A stretch of DNA of 63,403 nucleotides, counting the filler, from Conidiobolus incongruus B7586 (taxonomy: Eukaryota): NCBI GenBank assembly GCA_000697335.1. It is 8 parts of 8 records of this genome, joined end to end, with 100 filler letters (N's around TTAATTAATTAA, not from the genome) between each part and the next. Parts side by side here need not be neighbours in the genome. Positions count along the whole stretch, not along the records: positions 18,370 to 28,815 come from JNEM01006520.1; positions 28,916 to 42,750 come from JNEM01006521.1; 6 more parts are not named here. One strand, written 5' to 3'. Each line of letters begins with the position of its first letter. Within the stretch, counting starts at the first letter, position 1. The notes beneath the pieces are model-generated. The model saw nothing but the letters and a program-made list of their open reading frames with translations, did no database searches and was not told where the DNA came from. The translations under genes were made by a program, and so were the position numbers. Positions 27,206 through 41,420 of the stretch are shown piece by piece.

Positions 27206-30200
27206 TAGGCTCTTAGAAGCAAAGATATCAACTTTTATTTGTTAACAGTTAAATAATAAGTTGAACAATAAGCAGCGAACTTCTTTTAAGTTAATCGACT
27301 CTCAGTTAATATACAGATTTAGTATTGAAATTGTTTAAAAATATTGCACTTGAAATATATATTTATATAATTTATTTGGCTTTTATGATATACGTTTTTT
27401 TTATTTTGAAAAAGGTGACTAAAATTTGATTAAGAAATTTCCCTTTAAATTAAGTGTAACATATAAAAATTCATTTTTCTACAATAGTTAATATAAGTAT
27501 TTTTTTTATCAATAATAATATGTTAATATGCATCTATTCATTAATACAAACATTTATTATATTATCTATATTTACTAGAGAAATCTAATTATTTATAATA
27601 TCATAAAGTTTACTCCGAAATTAAGGAGTCTTGGAAAAAACTATATAATTTTATAACGATAATACTATTTCCCTTAATTCATCTAATATGAATCTCTTTA
27701 GATAGATATTGTTGTCGCTACATATATATATTTTACAATTTATATTAATACACTCAACATGCCTGCACAAAAGATTTTGAACTATTAATTTTGATATTAT
27801 TTTACAATTATTTTTATAAAATTTATAATGGTTTAATACATAATATATAATTTGAATATTGTTAGTATACAAAGCTAGTATTGATTAAATGATATAATTA
27901 TTGAAATTATAATATAAATAAAATTTCCAAATAATTTATATATTACAATGTTAATTGAATAAATTATTCAATTTTATTAAAATTGGTAAAATTTTAGTCT
28001 AATTATAATGTCTATGGTAATTTAATGAAATTTTTTCAAAAAAATTATAGTTTTAAATATTAAATATATTTTATATAAGTCACTGAAAAATATTTTGATT
28101 ATTTTTATTAAAAATCTTATTAAGATCAGCAGTTAATAAAAGCTGTAAAATGACTATTGCTTAGTATTTTATATAATTAACTATAATTAATAAGTTTTAA
28201 ACTATATTTTCATAATCTGATTAATAATTTCTTTATTTAAATTCTTTTCATTTAATACTTGAATTCTATATTACATATTATTCTTTTAGTTTTTGATTTC
28301 AATTTTTATTAGAATCCTAATAAATTATTATAACAATCTAATTTGTAATTTGTACTTGATTACAAAAGATATTATTATTATTATTATTAAATTTATTGAT
28401 AACTTTATGTATTTATATTTTACAACAATAAGTATTAGTTTAGAAAAATTCCAAATTTTTTAATTTTGATTTTTTAAATATATAATTATATTTAAAAAAT
28501 ATATTATATTTAAAATATATTGGAGTATTAATATTTTGAAATTATATATATCCAATTATAATAATTTTTTATAAAAATTTAACGTTAAATTTAACTAAAT
28601 TTAAATTAAATAATGAACATCAAAAGTTTTTTATATTAATATCATTAGAACCAAATTATAAATAATTCAAAATAATTTAAGATTTGTAAACTTATAAAGA
28701 CAATATTTAATCTAAAACTATTATCTATTATTAAATATATCATTTTAAAATTAAGAAAGATTTCTTAAAATTTATTAAAATTTAAACAATTAATATTAAT
28801 TATTATTTTTTTAAANNNNNNNNNNNNNNNNNNNNNNNNNNNNNNNNNNNNNNNNNNNNTTAATTAATTAANNNNNNNNNNNNNNNNNNNNNNNNNNNNN
28901 NNNNNNNNNNNNNNNAATTAATTAAAAAATTCAAATTTTTATATTTAAATTAATTTTATAAATATGTTCCTTTTTTTAATTTTTATTATCTTTAAATTTT
29001 ATTTATTATTTTTAAAATTAAAACTATATCTATTAATATATATTATATTGATATTATCTAATATTAAATCAAATATTTTTATATTGACTTATTTGTTTAC
29101 AAAAGCTTAATAAAACTTTGTTTATATTTATATCATCTTATTATATTATTGATACTATATAAAATGCCATTTTACTTTTATATTAAGTTTTTATTTATAA
29201 TATATCTATTTTATTACCTATTATACTTATATAAATAAAAAAAGAAATTTTTTTAAATTAATTCATTTAATTTATAAAATATCAAAATTCAGTTTTTAAT
29301 AATCAAAACTATGCTTTAATTATAACAAGTCTGGTAAAAGTATAGTAAAGGTTGATTAACAATAAGAGAAAATATTAAGTTTATATTGTTTATTTATCTT
29401 TGTAAATTATAAATTAAAGATAATAATTACTATTTATTTTAAAATTATTCAATTACTTAATTTTGAGAGTAATAGAATTAATGATTATCCTTCAAATTAA
29501 AAAAATTACCAAAAATCCTTAAAGATTGAGAAATAATATTATAATATATGATGATTATTATATTGATTACAAAATTTTGAAGTAAAAATCATTGTTAGTG
29601 TAAATATCTTCTATTTGATAATATTATATATTTTGATCATAAATTTATCTTGGAACTCTTTAAATTTATAATCTATTTATTAATGTTACATTTTTGGGAT
29701 TACTAAAAATATCCAATTTATTAATAATAGAACTAAAATGATATTTCGATCAATAACAGTTTATATATTGTTAAAACAATTTAAATAAATCTAAATAATT
29801 AATTTAAATATGACTAAGTACAGCAATAATGTTTATTGTAATAAATGTATCAAATTGCATTAACTATACATAAGTATTGAAGTTTTTAAATTTTTATTCC
29901 TGTATTTATATTCAATTATGAACTTAGTAGTCTTTAGATTTATACTTTTGCCAAGTTCAATTATTTAAAATATTATGATATTAAAAATTTTCAAATAATA
30001 ATTTATATTTGAATGCATACAGCCTAAAAGCAATAAAAATAAAAAGTTATCAATTTTTTAATTGTGTATTTAAAATATTTAATTTATTAATTTCTAGTCA
30101 AATTTGGTATATATTAATTAAATATAAAAAAATTTAATAAAATTTGAATGTGATTATTATCAAATTTATTTATTGAAAATTTTTTCAGTCATCATCCAAT

Positions 30201-30646
30201 CCATTAAAAATTGGGTGTCAGTTTCGAGAATCATTATATTTAATTATTATGTAATTTAACTCCTTTTAATCAAAATGGGAAATCAATAGAAAATATTTAA
30301 TTACCTTGTTACTAGCTACACTCTTAAAAAATTTATTATTCACTTGATTATGCTATTGAATTTTAGTTATATATTGTTGTAAGTGACTATGATTTAATAT
30401 ATAATATTTAACAGTATTCGAGATTACCCATAATAGTGTTCAATTTCAAGTTCTTCAGAATTCGACGTATTTGGAAACAGTCGGTAAATCTTTAAATTTG
30501 TATTTTGAGAAAGTTTTAAAATTAGGTTAATAGTATATATATTCATCTGATAAGCCATATTTGTATTTAATATTTATAAAAAGTATCAATATTTTAAATT
30601 CTAAATCGTTTATTCATTTTAATTAATTATAATACAAATATTAAAG

Positions 30647-31546
30647 ATGGACATTATACTTAATATTATTGATGATTACGTCGGTGACAAAATTTATCAA
30701 GAACTATTGCCAAAGTATGGCGTTAAAGTACTTTTAAGAGATGAGTTACTCAGACAGACTTTAACCCTGTCATTTATTACATACTTTGGTATTCTTGTCC
30801 TCTACTTTTTATCTGCCGGTCTCAGCTACATGTATCTTTATGATAAGAGGCAAATGAATCATCCCAAATTCTTACCCAACCAAGTCAGGTTAGAAATTCA
30901 ATGTGCTGTTGAAGGTTTTTTCCCTACTATGTGTCTTACTGTCCCTTTCTTCGTTGCTGAAGTTAGAGGATATAGTATGCTATACGAAAATATTGAAGAT
31001 TACGGATTGCCTTATTTCTTCGCTAGTATTGGTTTATTTTTGTTATTCACTGATTTTGGTATTTATTGGGTACATAGAATTCTTCATCATAAGTGGTTCT
31101 ATGGACCTCTTCACAAGTTGCATCACAAATGGATCGTTCCCACTCCATTTGCTAGCCACGCTTTCTACTTTTTAGACGGTTACTTGCAATCCATCCCTTA
31201 CCACATTGCCACTTTTGTTTTTCCCATTCACAAGGTCCTTTACATTGGTCTCTTCCTCTTCGTCTCTGTCTGGAGTGTAATTATTCACGATGGTGAATAC
31301 TATACCGATGGCAAGATCATTAATGGTGCTGTCAACCATACCATCCACCACTTGTACTTCAACTACAACTATGGTCAATACTTCACCCTCTGGGACCGTG
31401 TCTTTGGTACCTATAGAGCCCCCACTGAAGAGCTCTTTGACAAGGAAAAACGCAATGATCCCAAAGTCATGAAGAAGACCTCCAAAGACGTTGACGAAAT
31501 GGTCAAGCATTTAGAAGACCGTGTCAAGGCTACCAAATTAGCCTAA
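30647..31546 (+). CDS. ERG3: C-5 sterol desaturase (intronless)
   Basis: His boxes HRILHH, HKLHHKW, HTIHH; HPKFLPNQVRLEI, TPFASHAF, YFNYNYGQYFTLWDRVFGT. Confidence 0.96.
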   Translation: MDIILNIIDDYVGDKIYQELLPKYGVKVLLRDELLRQTLTLSFITYFGILVLYFLSAGLSYMYLYDKRQMNHPKFLPNQVRLEIQCAVEGFFPTMCLTVPFFVAEVRGYSMLYENIEDYGLPYFFASIGLFLLFTDFGIYWVHRILHHKWFYGPLHKLHHKWIVPTPFASHAFYFLDGYLQSIPYHIATFVFPIHKVLYIGLFLFVSVWSVIIHDGEYYTDGKIINGAVNHTIHHLYFNYNYGQYFTLWDRVFGTYRAPTEELFDKEKRNDPKVMKKTSKDVDEMVKHLEDRVKATKLA

Positions 31547-31939
31547 TTTTCATATATATTGAATGCTATCAACTAGATGATAGTTTCAAAATTTTATTTA
31601 TAGTTTAAATATGTCTATTAATCATTAAGTTTTAAATATGATTAAATCAATATTTAGTTTTTATAATTCATCAATATAATTAAAATAAACAGTAAAAATA
31701 GGTTAAATCAACATATGTTGTTCAGAATTACTATGATTGACCTTATTATTTGTATTTTATATGCTTGATATTTAATAACTATATTATTAGATTGGCAATG
31801 AAACGAAATTTTATTTAAAATTATTATGTAGAAATAATCTTTTTTTTGTGATTAAAATTATCCCTACTATTGTTATAAATAAAAGAATATTTTTATTCAA
31901 AAAAAATTATCAGTTAATAGTACCATAAAATAAAACAAA

Positions 31940-32332
31940 TTAAATAACTTTAGGAGCTAAGCTAACGACCTTAGACCAGTTCTTATTCCTCAACTCGGCA
32001 GAAATTAAACCGAGAACACGAGTACCCAAAGGTTGTTGGTTGTTATTTAAGAGGACGCAAGCGTTATCGTCAAATCTAATGTATCTGCCATCGGGTCTCA
32101 GGATAGGCTTTTTGGTACGAACTATAACAGCTCTGCGGACATCTCCTTTTTTTAATCTGTTGTTCATTTGAGCAGGTGTAACACCGACGGTGGCGGCTTT
32201 AGCCTTCTTAACAACTACGACGATTTCGTCCCCAACATGACCAAATCTGGCATTTCCAACAACTTTAATACATTCGGCTAAAACGGCACCAGAATTGTCA
32301 ATTACATTTAATATGGATTTGAGTTGAATCAT
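31940..32332 (-). CDS. MRPL38: Mitochondrial ribosomal protein uL14m
   Basis: MIQLKSILNVIDNSGA, GDEIVVVV, AVIVRTK, IRFDDNACVL, PLGTRV, SLAPKVI. Confidence 0.95.
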   Translation of the reverse strand: MIQLKSILNVIDNSGAVLAECIKVVGNARFGHVGDEIVVVVKKAKAATVGVTPAQMNNRLKKGDVRRAVIVRTKKPILRPDGRYIRFDDNACVLLNNNQQPLGTRVLGLISAELRNKNWSKVVSLAPKVI

Positions 32333-34730
32333 CTTTATCTAATATAATTTATGAGATATTTATTAAAGGTTTTATTAATAAAGTTTTTTTTTGTTCTATT
32401 ATTTATTTAATCTATTTTAATTTATTTAATTGATTTAATAGTAATTAAAATTCTTAAAATTAAAATTTATAATTTGAGAAATTTAAGGTATTAAATTATG
32501 GGATTAAATCAATTATTTCTATTATCAAAATATTAATTAATTGAAAAGTAACATATTAAAGTTTTATAGATTATTTTTAATAAGATTTTAATAAAATAGT
32601 TAATTAACAAAGACATATTTTCTTTTAATTTTTTATTTAAATGATATATTTTAATTTCTTTGATTTTATTTGTACAACAAAATTTTGATATAGTAATATT
32701 TTTATATAAATTATATTTTAAAAGTTATCTATTTGACCTTATGATAATAAGCCCAAATAATCAAATATTATTAAAGTTGTATAACTTGAAATAAATTAGA
32801 AATATTTAAAATAAGGAATGGAATATTATATCTTTTAAGATTCGTTAAAAATTATTTGTGTATATAATTTAATAGTTTATATAAGTAATCAACCGTAATA
32901 ATCATATCTAAAAACTATAAATTTGATAATTTTTAAATTTTGTATTATGTCATTGTATGTTAATTAAAAAAAATTTGATACAATTTAATTTTCAAATTTT
33001 AGATATATTACCAAAATTATCTTATATTGAGATTTTTAATATAAATTAAACAAACATTTTTTATTAATAAAAGCAATTAATATACATTTTGTTATTATTT
33101 TGCTGAACTAAATTTATTAACCTATGATTATTAAACTTAAATTATATATTGAAATATCTAAAATTATCTGAAAAAATATTTTAGTAGTAAATATCTCAAA
33201 ATTTATCTTTATAATATATTATATACTATTATTTAATTATATATAACTTAATTTCAAAATTTCAAATGCTTATAAAATTGATTTCAAGTTCAAAATAAAA
33301 TATTCAAAAATAATTTAATTGAAATAATACTATATAAAATTAGGATATTTACAAGATAATTTTACGATAAACAATGAATTTTCACTAAGCATCTTTTAAC
33401 AATAACTTTAAAGTTAGATGATTATAATATTATCAAATATTAAAAATACTGTATTTTTTCTAATATTTAAGAAGGATTAAGTATATCTTCTTAAATATAT
33501 TATCATTATTTTATAAAGCTACATAATTCAAAATAGACTATATCAAATATTAAATATTAATTTAGCTAATGAACTATTTTATTCAATCTAATACATTTTA
33601 ATTTGGATTAAAGCACGTAAAAATGCATCAAATACGTAATTTTCTCAAACTAAATATATATATAATACTATATTTGATTTTAATAAACCAATCATTACGT
33701 TGGAAATTATATTTACTCTTTTTTATTAACATAGAGAAAATTATAAACTATACTTGATATTCAAAAGCTAAAATTTTCAATATTTATTGAAATGTTATTG
33801 AAAAAAAGATTAAAATCTTATCGTTCCTCCACTATTCTATTAAAATTCAATTATATCAATATAGCAATTAATAATATATTGTTATTTTAGAATATTATTA
33901 TATATATATATATTATTTAATTAAAGTACAGTATGTTTTGAATTATTTTGAATTCAGAATTAATGATTTAATATTTGATCAGAGAAGACTTTTGATGAAT
34001 TTATTTTGGTTTATCTCTTTACTTATTATTGAGTTAAATATTGATCAATAATTTTAAAATTTTTATGATTTAGTTTATAGCATTTATAAAAACATTTCAA
34101 TCAATATAAGATTTTAATATGCTAACCTAAAAGATTCAACTTAATATTATTTAGTATATATAATTTAGTGATGCTACTTGAGTTCTATTTTTCATTATGC
34201 AAGACCCTTAAAATTAATCAAATATTAGGCTAACAGTTTCAATTGACCTGGTTGTTGCAATTTTGTTAATTTTTTCTATACCAATTTATCCATTTAGATC
34301 TAGAAAACAAAACAGTATAAAAATATAATTTTTATATATAATATTTTTACCAAATGCTGTGTTAAATATCCTATTTACAATACTCAGCTTAATGTTTCAT
34401 ATTATTCATTCATATATACAAACTTTACATAATAACTTGGAGAAAAACAAATCTTAATATCATGATAAATGAATCAATTACATTATCTCAATTAATGTAC
34501 TTAAATCAATTTTATTCATTTGAAAAACAGTTATTTTTTAACAAAGCTGAAATGTTTTACAATTTTAATAAATATAAACCATTTATATTGTGTAGATTAC
34601 AATTTTAAATATTTTCAATAAGGTTTATTATAAGCAATTAAGTATAAAATTATTATAATATTAATAAATATATGTTTAGTTTATTTCAAATAATTTATAA
34701 TCATGGATTAGAAAATTAATAATGATATGA

Positions 34731-35124
34731 TTAACCAACAATAGCTGACTCAATAATACCAGAGTTATCAACGTTAATAGTGAGACGATCACAGTTATAT
34801 TCTTTGGTAGTAATATCTCCAGGCTTGACAACTCGAATTAATTCTGGCAATTGATTAGGATGTACCTAGTAAATCATTAATTATTTAGTATAGCATACAT
34901 AATAATTTTTAAATTTGAATACTTACAACATTGGTGCATTTTTCACTGGAAGGTACTGAGTCTTCCTTATTCAATAATCTTTTTCCTTTCAAATAGTCAA
35001 AGTTTTGGCCTTCTAAACCGCAAGCGGCGTACACTGTAGAGATGATTAATAAAGCAGTGATCAACTAAACAAAATAAGTATTATAGACTTATTATTAACT
35101 AGAAATTTTAATTACCAATTTCAT
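34731..35124 (-). CDS. Secreted peptidase inhibitor I78-family protein, 93 aa; exons 35116-35124, 34927-35064, 34731-34865
   Basis: MKL|LITALLIISTVYA (signal peptide)-ACGLEGQNFDYLKGKRL...KCTNV|VHPNQLPELIRVVKPGDITTKEYNCDRLTINVDNSGIIESAIVG*; not in the ORF track. Confidence 0.85.
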
Positions 35125-36103
35125 AATAATTAAAGTATAAGTTTTAAAATATTGATTACATAGAAATTTTTATCACTCACTCCTTTATATATTATTCCAA
35201 ATCTTCCTAAATGACTAAATATAGATAAATTGGTTTGTTAATACTGATTAAGGATGATGTCATTACCCGCAATTAACTAATCAAATTTTAGTTTTATATC
35301 ATTAGATTTTTGACTCAATTGAGACATTACAAAAATCTGCAAAATGACTAAAACACTATGATAAATGATAATTGGTAGATAAATATAGAATTGAAAAAAT
35401 TTGTTTCTGAACATTTTGCTTTTTTACCTATTATTGATGATTATATAGAAATGATTGAATTTATATTAAAAATTTAATTTAATTTCATTTATTGACTTTG
35501 GCAATATTATAAGTATATAATTAAAATGAAAACACTTGATACATTTTCAACAACATTTTTTCTAAAGTCATTTTTATTTGGCATTGATTTTTCATTATTA
35601 TTATTATAAGCATATTATTTTATAATTTTTAATTCAAATTAAATTGAAATCAAACTACTTTGGATTAGTTTTTTTCTTTAGAAATCAGAAATTAATAATA
35701 TTTTTAATGATATAATATTATTTTTTTTCCATTAATTTTGGTGTTTATGCATGGGACCAGTCTTTGAAAATTCCTATGATTGCATAACTAATTATATATG
35801 TCACAACATGAAAACTCGCAAAATAATCAATTTCAAAATAACAAACCTAAGTATAAAACTTTTATTAATTTTTAATAGCTTGGTATATTTATATTATAAT
35901 CAATTTGACACCAGTATCAAGTTAGAGTTCAATTGTTAATATTAAAAAAATAATATTAATTTTTCAAGTTATTATTTTGAATAAAATCAAAATATAAAAG
36001 TATAAAAATAGAATTTAAATATTTTTTCAAATTATTTAGTTATTTTATTTTAATAAATTAGTAAAATAAAATTTATATTATTATTCAAATAGACATTTGA
36101 TAT

Positions 36104-36502
36104 TGTTAAGAGACTAGTTCTTTAAATTCTTATATACACTTTCATATAATCCAATTAACTATAAATTATATGATTAATTTATACTTATATAATTAAATTA
36201 ATTGTATAAATAGTATTAAATTATCTAATAAACTAGGTTCTTCTTTTTTCCTCTTAATTTTTACTATTTTTACTTTTACACTATTTCTAAGATTGAGACT
36301 ATATTCTATTAATATTGTAGGATATTAACACTACCTAATATAAATTTTAATATATTAGTAACTCATCCTAATTTAAAACTTAATTAAACTTTGTTTATAC
36401 TTACACACTATAGCTATATTATATTACTACATTTTACACCACACTACTTTTATATTAAATCTTCCTCTACACTATATTAGTTTAACTACCACTATATTTA
36501 TA
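36104..36502 (+). repeat. 5' LTR (TG...TA, terminal CA apparently mutated)
   Basis: Ungapped alignment to 41421-41819. Confidence 0.95.
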
Positions 36503-39500
36503 TAGTAGCAGTAAAAAAACTGTTAAAAACCTATTAGAAATTAATAACTACTTGTATCTAACTTATTTATTACTATTTTAAATTTTATTTATAATTTATT
36601 TTATTTAAATTTAACACTATACACTATAATACTACTAAAAAAAAAGATACCCTTATATTATTTTAATAATGATAATAGTTTAATTACTAAATAAATCTAA
36701 GACTTTAGTTTTTAAAAGCTTATTACCCTTTAAAAAGCTTATATTAGACAACTTTTGATTGAAAAAAACATGTTTCAAAGAGTTTAAATCTAATAAACTA
36801 ATTATTTTACTATAGTTAATACATTAAACTATCTCTTTAGTGTTTTTAAAAACAAATTAACTATTTATGATAGCTTAAAAAACCTTTACAAACTTAAAAA
36901 CTACCTTAAAAATATAAAGAATTACTTTAATTTAATTTTTAATAAAGATCCAAAGAATATCTTTAAATTAGCTATTTTTTTTTGGAAAAATTTATTTATA
37001 TTTGGTAATTAACTTATTACAAGCTTAATCCTAAAAAATCTTCAGGAGGATAACTTACTATAAAAATACAAACTTTTAAACAATTGGAAAAAGCTTTTAA
37101 AAAGAAGTATTACTTAAAAGATTAAATTTGATTAACAAAAGAAAAACTTTTTTAACTTAAATAAAAAACTTCTACAAAATAATTAATTAAGAAATTTAAT
37201 AAAATATGTTTAAACATACTAAATATCACTAAAGAAGAATAAATCCACAAATTATTATAATACCTTAACCTTTAAGTGAAGCTCTAGTTAGTTAATAGGG
37301 AACACTTTAATAATATGTTTTTTTTTTAACATTTGTGATATAGTAATTATAATTGATAATATCCTTTACTCTATAACTAAATCTTTTTACCTTAAAAATT
37401 AATTTTTTAAACCTTACTCTAACCTACTTAAGTTTCAAATAATAAATATTTTTGCTTTAAGGTTTTATGAGAAAACCTTTAGTAAAGAAGTTAAAACTTA
37501 CTTGAAAATAAATAAAAATTGTTATTACTGCTAAAAAACTTAAGTTAACTATAAAGCTAATAAATATCCCTTTAAAAAACAACACCAATCTAATTCTCAA
37601 CAATTTTAATTTACCAACCATAAATCAAACTTGAATAATATTAATATAACTTTAGAATCACCCTTTTCACAATTAGTTAGTAAATTCTAATCTAATCTAC
37701 AAAAATTCTAATAAACCAATAATTCCACAAATTAAACTATATATACTAGAGAAATCTAACTAATTAAACTACTAGAAACTAAAAATATTCTAGTAATTAA
37801 TTTACCCTGTAATTTTTTACCTTTAACTATCACCCTATTATTTGTGTTAACTAATTCTTTTATAAATACACCTGTTAGTGTTTTAATTAACTTTAGTTAT
37901 TCTAGTTATATTATCTCCTCTTTTATTATTGTAAAGCTATTTTTACCTACCTAAAAAAACAACTTAATAATTAAATATACTAACAACTTAATAGAACAAA
38001 CATTTAATATTATATCTAAATACTTATTATTACTTTTTAACTACTCCCAATATATTAAATTCCTAGTTAGTAACATTAGTTATAATTTTATACTAGGTTA
38101 AAATTAGTTTGAATATCACAGTTTTATATCTATAGATATTACCTTAAAAGGTTACAAATCTATCTTTTTCACATTCTAAAAGAAATTAGTAGAATTAATC
38201 TTAAAAAATCTACACTACCCTATTATAAAACTATTAAATATTTTACCTAACACTAACTCTACAATTATAGCAAATAATTCTATTATTATAAGTAAAAATC
38301 AATGTAAAAAACTAATCAAAAACTTAAATAATCTATAAAGATATATATTTGTTTATTATTCATCTATTAACATTTTATTTGTTGATTTTAATAAAGTTAT
38401 ATTTAATAACCACTTCCTATACAATATAATAAGTTAATTTGCTAATGTTTTTGAATTTGTGAATAGATTACTACTTAAATATAATATTAAACACAAAATT
38501 AAATTAATTTCTAATATACAATTATACTTAAAGCTTACTTACCATTTATCTCTTGAATAATACTAAACCTTAAAAGAAGAAATCCAAAAACTACTTGAAA
38601 ATAGGTACATTAAATTTTTTTCTTCACTATAAAAATCTTTAATCTTCTTTATACAAAAGGTTGATGGTGGTTAAAGATTATATATTAATAACTGTGTTTT
38701 AAACTCTAAAACTATTAAGGATAAAATTTTATTACTAAACCTACATAATGTTAAGGATAAACTACTTAAATCAACTATATTTACTAAATTAGATGTTAAG
38801 AATAAATATTACAACATTAAAGTTAAAGAAAACTTTATCCCTTTAACTACTTTCAATATTTTTTTAAGCTACTATAAATTTATTGTTATAAACTTTAGAT
38901 TATGTAATGCTCTTATAACTTTCACTTAATTTATCAATTCCCTTTTTAACCTTGTTTTTAATAACTTTATTATCACTTACCTTAATAATATCTTAATCTA
39001 TTTAAAAACTAAAAAAGAATATATTTAACATGTTAATTAAGTTTTACAAATTATTCAAGAATATAAATTACTTTTAAAATTATTAAAATATATTTTTAGT
39101 GCCTCTTCTATCTTTTTTTGTGGTTATATTGTTTCCTTTTAAAGAATTAATATTGATCCAACTAAACTCAATAGTGTTAAAGCTTTTACTATACTTATAA
39201 ACAAAAATTAACTTATGTTTGTACTTAAATTATTAAATTACTTTAAAGATTTCATTAATTCTTTTGTTGAATTTACTGTTTTTCTTACTAATCTCTTAAA
39301 GAAAAACTTTTTTTTTGAATAAACCCCACTATATACTTTCTATATAAATGCTTTAATTTTCTATATTACTAATACTCTTGCTTTATTTATCTTTAATCTA
39401 AAATTACCTACTATTATTTTTACTAACTTTAGTTTTTTTGTAATTAGTAGATAATTAGCCTAGTTTGAATTTAATTTATATTTTACCTTATAACTATAAG

Positions 39501-41420
39501 ATAAAATAATAAATAAAAGAGAATAGGTTAAATTTAACTTTATAAATGTTACCTTAAAACTAATAACATTCTAGTTAAGAAAAATAAAACTAGTTGAATT
39601 AAAATACCTAGTTTATAAATAAAAACTCTTTGCTTTAGTAGAAATAATTAAAAATCACTTACATTTCCTATCCTACAACTTTTTCTTAACACTTACAAAT
39701 TATAAATCACTTATCTACTTAAATACTTAGAAGCATTTATCAAGAAAATAAGTTAGATAAATTAAAATTATTTAAGCTTACCTTTTCTTTATTCAATATC
39801 TCTTAAGTTAATAAAACTATGTTGTAGATACTTTATTAAAAAATTTTACATATTTACCCTTTTATTCTAATTATAAAAATCCAGCAAATATTAACTTAAT
39901 GATTATTAATGAAGGAAATAAAGAATTTATTAAACTACTTTAAGAAACACTACCAAATAATAATTTCTTTATTTTAGTTAAAGAAGAACTCTTTAAACCA
40001 TTAGAAAACCAACTAAAATATGTTAAAAGATTTAAAATTATCAATAACTTACTATATTATAATAATTGTTTATATATTCCTAATATCCCTAAGATTTAAC
40101 AAATAATATTTAATAAATACTATAACTTACTTGTTAGAGGACATTAAAACTAGTTAAAAACTACTGAGAGAATTAAAATAAAGTATTACTAGCTTTCCTT
40201 AGTTAAATTAGTTTAGAAATACACTAATACCTGTGATATATGTTAAAAAACTAAATATAATACTCAATTAAAATATAGTAAACTTATTCCCCTACAAGTC
40301 CCTAATGAAACTTAATAACAAATTTAACTTGATTTTATAAAAATCCTTAAATTAACAAATGGTTATGATAACTTACTAATTATAATTGATTTATTTTCTA
40401 AATATGTTTATTTTATTTTTTATTTCAAAACTTCTATAGTTAAAGATGTTATACAATTGTTATTCTCTAATATCTTTACCCACCATAAAATTCCACAAAC
40501 TATTGTATTTAATAAAGATATATGATTCAACTCTTAATTTTAGAAGTCACTATCATTTTCCTTTAAGATTAACCTAGCTATATCTACTACTAATCATCAC
40601 TAAACTAATAAACTTGCTAAAAAAATTATTAAAACCTTAAAGTAAATGATTAAAGCTTATATTAACACTAATCAGTTAAATTAGGATGCTTATATCTATT
40701 AACTCTAATATTTATTTAACACCTTTATTAATAAATTAACAGGTTTTAGCTTTTATTTTATTAATTATAATAAACATCCTAACTTAATAATTACTTTTAA
40801 ACTTTAAATCAACTTACCTTTAAACATTGTTGAATTTTAATCTAATATCAAACATATCAATTCCCTTGTTAAATTTAACTTAGAAGAAAATTAAAGGATC
40901 ATAAAACAACAATACTCAAAGTTATTTAGAAACCCTTTTAAATATAAAACTAGTATGTTTGTATACTTAGAATAATTTACCTTTAAACCTACCTTATTTA
41001 AATCTAGCTTAAATCCCAAATACTTACCATTATATTATAGTCCCTATAAAATTTAATTTATTGATTCAAATTTTAAAAATATTACCTTGGAATTACTTCT
41101 AACTTTGAGGATCAACCCTACCTTTCACATATCTAAAATTAAACCATACTTTAAAGATTTTAACACTTTTCTTAATTAATTAAAAACCCTAAAACTAGAT
41201 CTAATTATTAATTAAGATAGAAAAGAAGAATACTATATTGATTACATAATTAAGTCTAAATCTATTAGGAATAAGCTTTATTTTTATGTAAAATGGATGG
41301 GTTATCCTATTAAAGAAGCTACATAGGAACCTCTAGAAAATATTAAGAATACTTTAGCTTATTATACCTATTTGTAAAAAATTAGGGAGTGTGTCTCTTT
41401 TAAGAAACTTATTAGGGGAG

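Noticed and set aside
30903..31510. Overlapping and antisense ORFs inside ERG3 (likewise in OSBP, bHLH, RhoGEF, roadblock)
   Set aside because: Shadows of codon bias in real genes; no recognisable motifs
1421..32332. uL15m and uL14m as a remnant of a bacterial spc operon or recent organelle transfer
   Set aside because: They are 30 kb apart on different contigs and strands, uL15m has spliceosomal introns, and both are normal nuclear genes in fungi
36503..41420. Alternative genetic code or stop readthrough to explain stop-riddled pol
   Set aside because: Catalytic residues are also destroyed (YLDD>YLNN) and host genes use standard stops
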